Shown here in pieces: positions 23,210-35,773 of a stretch of 64,000 nucleotides of DNA. The notes under the pieces were generated by a model. It was not told the DNA's origin, did no database searches, and worked only from the letters and a program-made list of their open reading frames with translations. Positions within the stretch are counted from its first letter, which is position 1, and the number at the start of each line of letters is the position of its first letter. The stretch is from Felis catus. Its lineage: Eukaryota. The stretch is from assembly GCF_018350175.1 (NCBI RefSeq), contig NC_058373.1, forward strand, positions 109,928,001-109,992,000. Reading direction: 5' to 3'. Made by a program: the position numbers and the translations under genes.

Positions 23210-23850
23210 GTGAAACATGGCTTAGTGGAAAGGCTAGAGCTGTAGTATCCTGAGTCATCTGCCAGCTTTACTGGCACTGTCACCTGACGCTGGATAATTT
23301 ACTTCGTCTCTCAAGTTATCACTTTCTCTGTTAGCAAGGTAGATGCAATAATGCTCATCTAATAAAGCTGCTGAGAGGATCAAAAGTGGTCATAGCAGCT
23401 TATGGTACTTGAGTGTGTACTGAATGCACCATTGCGTGCTCCCGCTGCATTATCTCTTAATGTACGTGAAATTTTTAGTCCCGTGCCTGACACCCAGCAG
23501 GTGTTCGATGAATGTAGCTATTAGTCTCATGTAAGTTACCTCATCCTAGCCAGGCTTTGATCCATATCTGTCACCTTTCACCCTACTTCACCCATACCAT
23601 TAGTCAGCAAGCCTCTGCCTGCACACAGAGCAGGTCAGAACTCCAGCTTTGGAGTCAGACTCCATGGATTCACGTCTTCTGCTTTCTAGCTGTCTGGCCT
23701 GAGGCAAATAAATTGAGTTCCTTATCTGTGAAACAAGGATAATAGTAGTTCCTTCTAGAGTAATTTTGAATATAAAATAAATTAATTCATGTTAAGTACC
23801 TGGTACATTATAAACCCTCAGTAAGTTATTGCCATTATTTTTGTTATTAC
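23210..23850 (+). mobile_element. MIR/L2 fragments
   Basis: CTTTGGAGTCAGAC...CTTATCTGTGAAACAAGGATAATAGTAGT MIR core; GTGCCTGACACCCAGCAGGTGTTCGATGAATG 3' end. Confidence 0.65.
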
Positions 23851-24419
23851 TAGAAATTTAGCTCCTTGAATAACTTATTTTATTTCCGGAGTGTTCTAAC
23901 GTTAAAAACTCAGTTTGAACTGAAATCTGCCTCTCTGCCATGACTATCAATTGGTCCTACTTTTGCCATCTGGAGTAGCACAGAGAAAATCTGATTCTCC
24001 TTTCCCAAGATGGGACAATAAGCATTCCCCTCCCCCCCGAATAAATACCTAACTCTCTCCAAATATTTTTCATAGACATGGATTTGAATCCTATCACCAT
24101 TCTAATGACCTCCTAAGAGCATGACTCAGTTTGAGAATCCTACAGTGGGAACACCACCTTCCAGGCATTGTCTGAAGAGTTTGGGATACTACTACCACAC
24201 TTTCTTCTTATGAATACTGCCTGTTTGGTTAAGCTATTATAAATTTAGGCTTTCCATTATATATAGTCAAACTCATTCATAATTGGCACAATGTTCATAT
24301 GTGTTAAATTTTAGCTCTCTTATTTTGCCTCATTATTTTAGCCTTCTGAATCTGTTTGGATCCCTAGACTGCCAGCCAGTATATTAGCATTCGGTCTAAT
24401 TGTGTGTCGTTTTCGTTCT

Positions 24420-24636
24420 TTCTTTTTTTTTTTTTAATTTTTATTTATTTATTTTTGAGAGAGACAGAGAGAGAGCATGAGCAGGGGAGGGGCAGAGAGA
24501 GAGGGGGCCAGAGAATCCCAAGCAGGCCCTGCGCTGTCAGCACAGAGCCAGATGCAGGACTCATGAGTTGTGAGATCATGACCTGAGCTGAAACCAAGAG
24601 TTGGACCCTTAACCAACTGAGCCACTCAGGAGCTCC
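24420..24636 (-). mobile_element. Can-SINE
   Basis: Reverse-complement consensus. Confidence 0.92.
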
Positions 24637-24707
24637 TAATTGCATGTAATTTTCAAGTTTGATGCATGGACTGTCCAAATCATTCACTCAAAATGAGACT
24701 ACCTTGA

Positions 24708-24815
24708 GCGGACCTGGCTGGCTCAGTCCGTAGAGCACATAACTCTTGATTTCAGGGTCATGAGTTCAAGCCCCACATTGGGCATGGAGCCTACTTAAAA
24801 AACAAACAAAAAAAA
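24708..24815 (+). mobile_element. Old short Can-SINE
   Basis: tRNA-like head ending GGAGCCTACTT-A tail. Confidence 0.85.
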
Positions 24816-25042
24816 CCAGAGAGAGAATATCTTGCATATTTATCATCAAGATATATCAGTTCAGTTAACACTCTTAGGTAGTGTTACTATCAATTGCTTA
24901 CTATTTCCTGCCTGTATAAATTTTATTCAAAATTGCCCCTCAAGTGGGGGTTTTGAGGAGCTTCAAATAGTCTCATCTGAAATAAACCTATTAAAACAAA
25001 AGTAAATGTATGCTTTATTAATTGAAAATTAAGCACATTATT

Positions 25043-25264
25043 GGGGCGTTTGGGTGGCTCAGTCGGTTGAGCGGCCGACTTCGGCTCAGGTCACGATCTC
25101 ACAGTCCGTGAGTTCGAGCCCCGCATCGGGCTCTGTGCTGACAGCTCGGAGCCTGGAGCCTGTTTCGGATTCTGTGTCTCCCTCTCTCTGACCCTCCCCC
25201 GTTCATGCTCTGTCTCTCTCTCTGTCTCAAAAATAAGCATTAAAAAAAAAAATTTAAAAAAAAA
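25043..25264 (+). mobile_element. Young Can-SINE
   Basis: CpG-rich; TSD GAAAATTAAGCACATTATT. Confidence 0.95.
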
Positions 25265-26571
25265 AGAAAATTAAGCACATTATTAATTCACATTATTAAT
25301 ATTTTTTTAGAGCGGCTATTCTGGTGACCAGAAAGTTAATGAACATTGAAAAGAGAAAAAAATTTATAATCTATTCTAGAAGGTAGGCTAAAGGTTAGTA
25401 ACAATATACTGATGGCCACAAATTTCATTTGAACTCTTAGTTTAAAACTCTTTTCTAAAAAAAAAAAAAAAAAAAACCTCTTTTCTATTTTTCACTCAAA
25501 CTATGAAAAGGGAAAGCGTACTCACCCTGGCTTTTTTTTTTCTTTATACATAATATGAAGGAATTAATCAACCAATAAATAAGATTAAGGCAGGAAGAAG
25601 GAATGAGACAGAGATACTGTGGATCTAATTATATGCAATTCAGTGGATGACTTCTGAATAATTGAGCATTGCCTTGCATAACTTTACCCAGAGCGAGTTC
25701 CCAGCAGTTGGAGTTCATTACTTTGGAGCTTTACAAGCTAAAGATAGAATGTGTACAGGCTTAAGGGTCTGACTCCTGACCCCATGTAAGAATGCACAGA
25801 AACCACATTGGGAAATCAAGAAAAACTCAAGGGGAGGATCACTGAGAGAGCTCTGATTTGTCCAGTGGTGCCTCCCTGAAATTGATCGTCTACATTTCTG
25901 TTAGAGCAATCGTCTACATTTCTGAAATGCAAATGTGACCATGTCTCTTTATACTTTAAAATAATCGTGCCCCACCAGCCCCCTTTCCCACTGATTAAGC
26001 ATGGTATACAAGGCCTTTCAGGATCTGGTTATATTTACTGGAAATGGTCAGTATAAACCTGAAGTAAATTATGATAATGATACATGTCATAAATCTTAGA
26101 GGAACCATGACAACTCAAAAAATAGCTTAGAAATGAAGAAAGGAATTAAAATGGTATGCCAAGGAATATTTGTTTAATGCAAACAAGCCAATAAAGTTGG
26201 AACATAGGAACAAAAATGACATGAGACCTGAAGAAAACAAATAGAAAAATGGCAGGCATGAATCTAACCACAAAACTAATTATATTAAATGTAAATGGAT
26301 TAAGCAGTCCAATTAAAAGGCAGAGATATAAGTAAATATGCTCCAACTACATGCTGTCTATAAGAGACACACTTTCATAGACAAAGATAAATACAAACAG
26401 GTTGAAAGTAAAATGATGCAAAAAGTAACCATAAGAGAGATGGAGTGGCTAAAATATCAGACAAAATAGGTTTTAAGACCAAACAAATTGTTCCCATAGG
26501 AGAAAAGGGACATTATAATGATAACACAAACAGTCCATTAGGAAGATAAACAATTAAAAACATATATACAT

Positions 26572-26755
26572 TGGGGCCCCTGGGTGGCTCAGTCGGTTAA
26601 GTATCTGATTCTTGATTTTGGCTCATGTGAGGTCAGACTCTGCTCTAAACATGAAACCTGCTTAAGCTTCCCTCTCCTTCTCTCCCTCTGCCCCTTCCCT
26701 GCTTGTCTGTGTGCATGCATGCAGTCTCTCTCTCTCAAAAACAAAAACAAAAACC
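26572..26755 (+). mobile_element. Can-SINE
   Basis: Head and CT tract; shortened body. Confidence 0.88.
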
Positions 26756-26930
26756 ATGTATATATATATATACATCTAATGGACCTTTTAATATATGAAG
26801 CAAAAACAGAAAATTGAAAGGAGAACTAGAATTCAACAATAATAACTGGAAACTTTAATATCCTACTCTCAAAAACTAAAATAATAACTAGACAGAAAAT
26901 CAGCAAAATTATAGTCTTTAACACTGTTAA

Positions 26931-27056
26931 CCCACAGTCGCTGCTGTCAGGATGCAGCCCACTTTGGATCCTCTGTCCCTCTCACTCTCTCACCCTCCCT
27001 TAGTTGCACTCTCTTTCTCTCTCTCAAAAATAAAAATAAACATTAAAAAAAAAAAA
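26931..27056 (+). mobile_element. 5'-truncated Can-SINE
   Basis: 3' half with AATAAACATT-A tail; no TSD. Confidence 0.85.
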
Positions 27057-27528
27057 GGCAAGGATATCTGTTCTCACTACTTCTATTCAAGATGTAACCA
27101 GAGATTCTAGCCACCACAATCAGGCAACAAAAAAATAAATATCAGTCAGATTGGAAGTGAAGAAATAAACTGTCTTTATTTGTAAATGATGTAACAACCT
27201 TCTATATAGAAAACTTTAACAAATACAAAAAAAATATTAGAACTAATAATGGATCTATTTGAGGTTATAGGATATAAGATCAGATACCAAAATCAAGCGT
27301 ATTTCTATTAACAATGAACGATCTGAAAATGAATGATGCCTTTTACTATTTCAAAAAGAATAAAAATACTTAGGAAAAACTAAGAAAAGAAATGCAAGTG
27401 TTATACACTAAAAACTACAAACTGGCAGAGAGAAATTAAATAAGATCTAACTAAATGGAGAAACATTCCATATCGACTCTTGCAAGTCATTAAAAAGAGA
27501 CCAAACAACTCAATTAAAAAATGAATGG

Positions 27529-27925
27529 TGGGACGTCTGGGTGGCTCAGTCGGTTAAGCATCTGACTTGATTTCGGCTCAGGTCATGATTTCCCGGTTCA
27601 TGAATTCAAGCCCCGCATGGGGCTCTCTGCTCTCTGTGCAGATCCCATTTCTGATCCTCTGTCTCCCTCTCTCTCTGCCCCTCCCCTGTTCCCACGTGCT
27701 CTCTCTCTCTCTCTCAAAAATAAATAAACATTTTTAAAAAATGAATAGGGGGCACGTGGGTGGCTCAGTCGGTTAAGTGTCTGACCTGATTTCGGCTCAG
27801 GTCATGATCTCACAGTTCGTGGGTTCAAGCATCTGGTCATGCTCTGCACTTAACAGCATAGAGCCTACTTGGGATTCTTTCTCCTTTCCTCTCTGCCCTG
27901 CCTCCACTTGCACTTGTTCCCTCTC

Positions 27926-27968
<43 letters not shown>

Positions 27969-28160
27969 GGGGTGATGGGTGGTTCAATTGGTTGAGCATC
28001 CAACTTTGGCTCAGGTCATGATCTCATGGCGCCTGAGTTCGAGCCCCGCATCAGGCTCTGTTCTGTCAGTGCAGAGCCTGCTTCAGATCTTCTGCCCCCT
28101 GTCTCTCTGCCCCTCCCCCACTCGTACTCTGAAAAATAAACATAAGTAAATAAACATTTT
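27529..28160 (+). mobile_element. Three tandem Can-SINEs
   Basis: Copies at 27529-27735, 27748-27968 (with (TAAA)n tail) and 27969-28160. Confidence 0.93.
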
Positions 28161-29007
28161 TAGAAAACGTATAGAAGAACAGATATTTCATTAAAGGAGA
28201 TCTATAAATGGCTAATAACTCATGAAAAGGTGTTTAACATCATGAATCATTAGGGAAGTGCAAATGGAAACCACAATAAAATATTACTACACGTTAACTA
28301 GAAGGTCTATGAAAAAGACAGCCCATACCAAGTGTTAGTGAGGATGTGGAAAAAGGGGAATCTATACGTTGCTGGTGGAATGTAAAATGGTGCAGCCACT
28401 TCAGAAGACAATTTGTCCATTACTTAAAAAGTTAAACAGATTTACCATATGATTCAACAATCCCACTACTAGATATCACCCAGGAGAACAGAAGGCATCT
28501 GTCCACACAAAGACTGGCATGTGAATGTTCAGTGCAGTATTATTCAGAATAGCCAAAAAGTGGAAACAACCCAAACATTGATCAGGTGGTGAATGGGTAA
28601 ATACAATTCCATACAATGGAATACTATTCAGCATTTAAAAGGAACTAGCTATTAATATATACTACAGCATGGACCAACCTCAAAACCTCATGCTATGGTG
28701 GAAGAAACCAAACACAGAGACTATACATTATATGATTCCATTTATATGAAATGTTTAGAAAAGGCAAGTTTACAAAGACAAAAAGTAGATCCATGGTTGG
28801 TTAGGGCTGAGAATGGCAGTGGGGATTAACTATAAATGGACCCAAGGGAAGTTTTTAGGATGATAGAAATGTCTAAAACTGAATTGTGGTGATTGTTGCA
28901 CAGTTCGGTATAGTTACTAAAAATCATTGAGTTGTACTGTTAAAATGGGTGAATTTTATGTTCTGTAAATCATACATCAATAAAGTGTTTAAAAATAAAG
29001 AAATGTT

Positions 29008-29465
29008 GGGGCGCCTGGGTGGCTCAGTCGGTTAAGCGTCCGACTTCAGCTCAGGTCACGATCTCGCAGTTCGTGGGTGTGAGCCCCGCGTCGGGCTCTG
29101 TGCTGACAGCTCAGAGCCTGGAGCCTGTTTCAGATTCTGTGTCTCCCTCTCTCTCTGACCCACCCCATTCATGCTCTATCTCTCTCTGTCTCAAAAATAA
29201 ATGTTAAAAAAAATTTTTTTTATTTTTTTTATTTTTTTTTATTTTATTTTTTTTTAATTTTTTTTTCAATGTTTATTTTTGGGACAGAGAGAGACAGAGC
29301 ATGAACGGGGGAGGGGCAGAGAGAGAGGGAGACACAGAATCGGAAACAGGCTCCAGGCTCTGAGCCGTCAGCCCGGAGCCTGACGCGGGGCTCGAACTCC
29401 CGGACCGCGAGATCGTGACCTGGCTAAAGTCGGACGCTTAACCGACTGCGCCACCCAGGCGCCCC
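29008..29465. mobile_element. Tail-to-tail Can-SINE pair (+ 29008-29213, - 29214-29465)
   Basis: Young minus-strand copy inserted in the A/T tail of the plus copy; TSD AAAAAATTTTTTT. Confidence 0.95.
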
Positions 29466-29509
29466 AAAAAATTTTTTTAAATAAATGCAGTAGTTTGTCA
29501 CTTTTTAAC

Positions 29510-30200
29510 ATATTAATAGTAACAATTCCAACAATAAGGAGGATACTGAGATTTTGTTCCATGCCAGTCACTGTTGTAAGCACTGTACTCAATGCTCACA
29601 GCAACCTATTATTTCATAGATAGAAATAGATATTACAATGCCATTTGCAAATGAGGACACTGATGCCCAGAGAAGTTAAGTAACTTGCTCAAGGTTGTGC
29701 AGCAAATAAATAGGTGAGCCAGGGTTCAAATCTAAGCAATTGGTTCTAGTAACCATGCTGTCACCTTTCTGCTAATATAAATCAAATTTTATGGTATTTT
29801 TAAGGGTCTAATGAGGCAGCATCATTGCAAACTTCTCCTCCTGAAGTTGAAAAATATACAATATACCAAGTTTGATGGTACAAAGCAAGGGAGGAAGTGT
29901 GTTATTTTTCCATTTTAGGAAAATAGTAAAAGTGCTAGCTTCCATTTTCTTTTTCTTCCTGTTTTATGGCGGGACACAATGTATATCCTGAAAAGATAAT
30001 GGGCTTTAGAATTGAAATAACTGAGATTTGCTCTCTGACTCTGCTACTTAAGTCATGTAACTTTATAGAGCCTCATTTTTCTTGTCTATAAAATAGACTT
30101 AATAATGCCTACATACCCGCATTGTGTGTGTATTTAACATGATGTGATTAAATGTATATAAAATCTTAGCATGATGCCTTGCTTCGGTAGACACTGAACA
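29510..30200. mobile_element. MIR elements (- ~29510-29770; + ~29980-30200)
   Basis: ATGAGGACACTGATGCCCAGAGAAGTTAAGTAACTTGCTCAAGG; GCCTCATTTTTCTTGTCTATAAAAT. Confidence 0.75.
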
Positions 30201-30843
30201 AGCGGGAGCTCTCTTTAGGCATTAGACTCTAGTGTCCTTTTATACATTAGAGTCGATCATGTCTTCTTAGCTGGACTATACCTGAAAGAGAACGAAGAAC
30301 AATTCAGAACTCATAGATGGCTTTTTTAGTTGGTTGATTATATTTGATTTTGCTTAGCATATTAAAATAAAGCATGAAAGCCCTCCTCTTCCACATGCAG
30401 ACAGCTTACTTAGAAATTTTACTTTAATATCTGCTCCCATGCTGGACTCTAACCAGACTCCAGCCCTGGCATCTAAGAGATATTATTTCACTATTATCTC
30501 CTAAGTACCTTTAAGAGTACTTAAAGATCAGAGCCTCCCCGAAAGTGTGGTTGTTGTCAGAACACCTCATCAGAGTCCTGATGGAAGGGAGAAAGGTGGC
30601 TAGGGACAAATCTTGTTTCCATGCCAGTATGAATTCTGTGGGGCCCGAGGCCCTGGTCACACAAATCACTGAGGGCTATTTTAGTATAAGTGTGAGAAAC
30701 TTCCTCTATCAGTGGCCGCTGACCTGTATTTATACATATTAAGAAAACATGTATTAAGGGACAAATTTTTAAAAACATATTTTTTCTTAATGACAGATAT
30801 AATAAATGTTTATTTATCTACTTGGTAAATTACTGAAGCATTT

Positions 30844-30862
30844 TGTCCACTGGATGTCGCCA
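30844..30862 (+). promoter_or_regulatory. Candidate CTCF motif
   Basis: TGTCCACTGGATGTCGCCA in apparently unique sequence. Confidence 0.4.
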
Positions 30863-31826
30863 CTGCATTTGAAAAATAAACTCCGTCCTGTGCTTTTATA
30901 AACTGAAATGTAATATGAAAGTTAAATGTTTTAGTCTTGAAACGACATGTTCCTATCTTTTTCCCTGACAGAAGAGGAAGACACCACCAGATGACCCAGA
31001 CTGATCTTATCTCGAGATAATTTCCTTCGAAGAGAAATCAGGAAGGAATTTGTTATGCAGAATTTAGGATTTGGCCAGATCTGGAAGCATCTAAAGCCTG
31101 CTGAGGAATGACAGTTTTCAAATGCCCGGTATACAAAATAACTAAAATTTTCTGTTAGCTTGTTCCTTTTGGGGGAAGAGTTTCTTTTGATTTGTCCTTT
31201 GACTCTTCACGACCTGTGGCCTGTTTCCAACCCAGGACCCGGTTCTTCTGAGGATGGAAGGGAGTTGGAACTCCTCTCAAATATTCTTTCCCTTTCTCGC
31301 ATCCCAACCCCTTCTGTGATCCAAGCCCTCAAAACATAAAGGATGGTCATCTTTCAATTTTAAAATTATAACACTAAACGTTTCTTTATTCAAGGAATTG
31401 AAGGATAAGTCAGAATTTTTCTTTGTTTTCCTGTGTTTATTAATGAAATGGATCCTACCAGCATATTGTTTTTGAGCCCTTGAATATTTCCCTATCCCTG
31501 AAGTCAAATTGAAATAGAACAGATGGAAACACAGTAGGATATGTCACACATGCTACACAGGGAAGAATCAAAAGGCTATCAATGCTTTCCAAAACAAGCA
31601 AGAGAAAGGGGGGGGGGTGCTGACTGGGGAGGGGGACAGAATTGTGATCATTCTTGGTATGTGCTAAGTACCACGTGGCTCATTAAACTGTTTTGAGAAG
31701 AAAGTTAAGCCCTGAAAAAGGAACCACTCTCTCTATAAATGATATTTTAATAATCTTTTAGTTTAAGAACTCCTTTACTTCCTATTCTAAGATTTCAGTG
31801 TAAATAAAGACAAATGGGAAGACAAC

Positions 31827-32249
31827 TTTTTTTTTTAAGTTTTTATTTAAATTCCAGTTAGTTAACCTACAGTGTAATATTAGTTTCAGGTGTACAATAT
31901 AGTGATTCAACAATTCTATACATCACCCAGTGCTTATCATGACAAGTGCACTCTTTAATCCCCATCACCGATTTAACCCATCTCCCATACTGCTCCTCCC
32001 TCCCTCCTCCCCCATAACCATCAATTTGTCCTCCACAATTAAGTGTCGGTTTTTTGCTTTGTCTCTCTCTTATTTTTTCCTTTTGCTTCTTTGTTTTGTT
32101 TCTTAAATTCCACATGAGTGAAATCATACAGTATTTGTCTTTCTCTGACTCACTTATTTCACATAGCATTATACTGTCTAGCTCCATTCATGTCATTGCA
32201 AATGGCAAGATTTCACTCTTTTTTATGGCTGAATAAGAGTCCATTATAT

Positions 32250-32308
<59 letters not shown>

Positions 32309-32636
32309 CCACTTCTTGTTTATCCACTCATCAACCAATGGACGCTTGGCTGCTTCCATATCTTGGCTGTTGTAAACAAATACTGCTGTAAACATCAGGG
32401 TGCATGTTTTCCTTTCACTTAGTGGCCTTGTATTCTTTGGGTAAATACCCAGTAGTGAAATTGTTGGGTCATAAGGTAGTTCTCTTTTTAACTTTTTGAG
32501 GAGCCTCCATACTGTTTCCCAGAGTGGCTCCACCAGTTTGCGTTCCCACCAACAGTGCAGGAGAGTCCCCTTTCTCCACATCCTCACCAACACCTGTTGC
32601 TTCTTGTGTTGTTAATTTTAGCCATTCTGACAGGTA
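31827..32636 (-). mobile_element. 5'-truncated carnivore L1 with internal (TA)n at 32245-32308
   Basis: Translations [23 protein letters not shown] and MELDSIMLCEISESEKDKY; 3'UTR and poly(T) on + strand. Confidence 0.93.
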
Positions 32637-32978
32637 TGGGGAAAGCAATTTTAGGACTTCAATCAAGATTATTTTCCAGTTGCAGAAGATTGAGGAGTTA
32701 GAGTTTAGAAAGACATTCTCTGTGACTGGTTTTTCATTTGCAAATTTCTTCCTACCCTGGGAACGATTCAAAATAATGAATTAAGATAACATTTTTTGAA
32801 ATAGGTTTTTGTTTTAAAAAGTTCTATAGTTTTTACATCATTTTAATAAAATTACATAATGTAAAGTTAATATTCTTATATGAATAACCAACTGAGCCAC
32901 CCAGGCACCCCACTTTATTCTTTTTGATGCAGTTGTAAATTGGGTTGTTTTCTTAATTCCTCTGATAAATCTCTTTGG

Positions 32979-33163
32979 CTTTTTTTTTTTTTTTTTTTTT
33001 TTGAGAGAGAGAGCACAAGTTGGGGAGGAGCAGAGAGAGGGAGAAACAGAATCCCAAGCAAGTTTCATGCCATCAGTGCTGACCCCAATGGGGGGCTCAA
33101 ACTCATAAACAGAGAGATCATGACCTGAGCCTGAGCTTAACCAACTGTGCCACCCAGGTGCCC
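32979..33163 (-). mobile_element. Can-SINE (plus SINE head fragment at 32885-32911)
   Basis: Poly(T), GA tract and core. Confidence 0.9.
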
Positions 33164-33562
33164 TTCCCCCTCCTACCCTCTTTGGCTTTTTAATCTGGCT
33201 TCTACAATTAAAACTTGGCACATAACCAAAATACAATTAAATGAAAAGTCAACAATAAAATATAGCATGCCCCCAATCACCCTGTATAAATATGGACATC
33301 TTAAAATGCACTTGTTTGGAAGCATTTCCAGAAAGGTGGAATAAGAATGTATGAAAATCTGCTCATCCACCACAGCAAGAGAACCCTGGAAATTAACCAA
33401 AGGTTTACAATGCTCTAGAATCATTTATTAAAACAAAACAAAACAACAACAAAAAAAACCCAGTTGAATATCAGTAAGAGCAGCAAGTTTTGTGGCTTTT
33501 AACTTGCCTTCTTCCCATCTCCTTTTCTCCATTTGCTGCATAGACTTAAAAATCAGCAGACT

Positions 33563-33697
33563 TGGGGAGCCTGAGTGGCATAGTTGGTTGAGCATCTGAC
33601 TCTTGATTTAGGGTCAGGTCATGATCCAAGGTGTGGGATCGAGCCCCACATTGGGCTCTTTGCTGACAGCATGAAGCCTGCTTAAGGTTCTCCTCTC

Positions 33698-33728
<31 letters not shown>

Positions 33729-33805
33729 CGGTCTCTCTATCTCTCTCTCTGCCCCTCTCCCCTGCTCACACTTACTCTGTTTCTAAAATTAAAAAAAAAA
33801 AAAAA
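33563..33805 (+). mobile_element. Can-SINE
   Basis: Head, long CT tract, poly(A). Confidence 0.92.
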
Positions 33806-34331
33806 CCCAGCAGGCACACAATTATGATAGTTGTAAAAACCAGAAGCCTAGGAGTCACTGGTGGGAAAGGGCAGAATGGATCTGACACTGCCCACTTGTT
33901 CCATCCCTAGAGAATTGTCACTGTTTGACCTATTTTAAGCTCCTTGTAAAGCTCCATTCCCAAGGGTAAACTTTATTTGACCTGACTCAGAGCTCACTTT
34001 GTTTGAAGAGCCTTATCCTTAGGACATTTGTCAAAAAGAAGCAGTGGCAATTGTTTAACATTGCAGATGCATGAGGCAGTGATACCAATTGGAGCTAATA
34101 AGAACCTAACCAAAAAAAAAAAAAGGAAAAAATCTGGAATGAGATGTCCATGTGGTTCTTTGCAAAGCTCCGAAATATTCCTGGGAACCCAGAAAGACAT
34201 GTGCATGTGCAGTGCTCTTCTTATGCTCAGCAAAGACCTAAGAAGACCCTAATTCCTCGCCTCAGACTGACCTTGGGGCTCTGCTCAAGCAGGAAGTAAA
34301 GGCTAAAGCACAATTGTAAACTGCTTACTGG

Positions 34332-34575
34332 AGTATTAAATACATGCTCCAGGGGCACCTGGGTGGCTCAGTGGGTTAAGGGACTGACTTCAGCTCAGGT
34401 CATGACCTCGTGGTCCATGAGTTCGAGCTCCATATCGGGCTCTGTGCTGACAGCTCAGGGCCTGGAGCCTGCTTCAGATTCTGTGTGTGTCTCTCTCTCT
34501 CTCTCTGCCCTCCCCCACTCATGATCTGTCTCTCTCTCTCAAAAATGAGTAAACATTAAAAAAAAATTTTTTTTA
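34332..34575 (+). mobile_element. Can-SINE
   Basis: TSD ACATGCTCCA. Confidence 0.93.
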
Positions 34576-35067
34576 AACATGCTCCAACACATAAACAGAG
34601 CAGTGCGTAGACTGAAATTTATCATTGTAAACACCTGTATTAAAAAAGAGAAAAAATGTTAAATCAATAAACTGACTTTCCACTATAGGAAACTGAGACA
34701 GGAGAGCAAATGAAACTTAAAACAAACAGAAGAAAGGGAAAAAAAAAATTAGAGTGGAAAAAAATAAAAAAGAGAATTAAAAAATTAATAAAACCAATTA
34801 AACCAAAGCTGGTTTCTTAAAAAGAAAATGAACAAAATTGACAAAATTATAGGTAGCTTGACCAAGCAAAAAAGAAGTCTCAAATTACTAAGATCAGGAA
34901 TGAAAGAGGGGACATCAGTACTGACCATACAGATAAAAGGATTATAAGAGAAGCTCTGAGGAATAGTGTATAAACAAACTAGATAACTTACATGAAATAC
35001 ACAAATTTCTAGAAGGACAAAACTAATAAAAGTGGAAAAAGAAAATGTAAACAGGTTTATTTATACC

Positions 35068-35392
35068 TGGAGACCTAGCTGGCTCAACTCTTGATCTCAA
35101 GGCTGTGGGTTTGAGCCCATGTTGGCAGTAGAGGTTACTTAAAAATAACCATCAGAGAGATCCTATTAGTAATAAAAAAAACTTCCCATAGGGGCCTCTG
35201 GGTGGCCCAGTCGGTTAAGTATTTGACTCTGGTTTTGGCTCAGTTCATCATATCACAGCTCGTTGGGCTCTGTGCTAATGGCAGCCTTTTTGGGATTCTC
35301 TCTCTCTCTCTCTCTCTGCCCTTCTCTCCCTCTCCCCCACTTGCACTCTCTCTCTCTCTCAAAAACAAACAAACATAAAAAAAAAAAAAAAA
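35068..35392 (+). mobile_element. Short old Can-SINE (35068-35147) and Can-SINE (35190-35392)
   Basis: Second copy has TSD AAAACTTCCCA. Confidence 0.88.
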
Positions 35393-35773
35393 CTTCCCAC
35401 AAATAAAAGTCAGGCCTGGATGTCTTCAATGCTGAATTCTACCAAACCATTAAAGAAAAATTAATATCTATCTTTCACAAAGTCTTCCAAAAAATATAAG
35501 AGGAGGGAGCACTTCCTAACTCATATTATGAAGCTAATATTGCTCTAACATCAAGATCAGACAAAGACACCACAAAGAAAGAAAACTATAGGCCAACATT
35601 TTTTATTAATATAGATGCAAAAATTCTCAAGAAAATACTCACCAGTCAAACTCAGCAATATGGTAAAAGACTATATGCTATAACCAAATGAGATTTTTCC
35701 CAGGAAGGCATGTTTTGTCTAGCATACAAAAATCACCAATGTAATGAAACATTAACACAATAAAGGATAAAAA

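Larger units (their letters stand above)
26050..28995 (+). mobile_element. Old L1MB/MC-like element with large internal deletions
   Basis: ORF2 start (TTAAATGTAAATGGATTAA..CCAATTAAAAGGCAGAGAT), RT-region piece at 27057-27470, and 3'UTR (TATGATTCCATTTATATGAAATGT...AATAAAG). Confidence 0.8.

Noticed and set aside
24708..24815. tRNA genes (A/B-box-like heads)
   Set aside because: These are tRNA-derived SINE heads with A tails and no complete cloverleaf.
27529..28160. CRISPR-like or satellite array
   Set aside because: The recurrences are SINE copies and microsatellites; there are no constant repeats with unique spacers, and the DNA is mammalian.
30175..30196. U6 snRNA-like 5' end (GCCTTGCTTCGGTAGACAC)
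   Set aside because: Similarity stops within ~20 nt and the site is the expected 3' end of a MIR.
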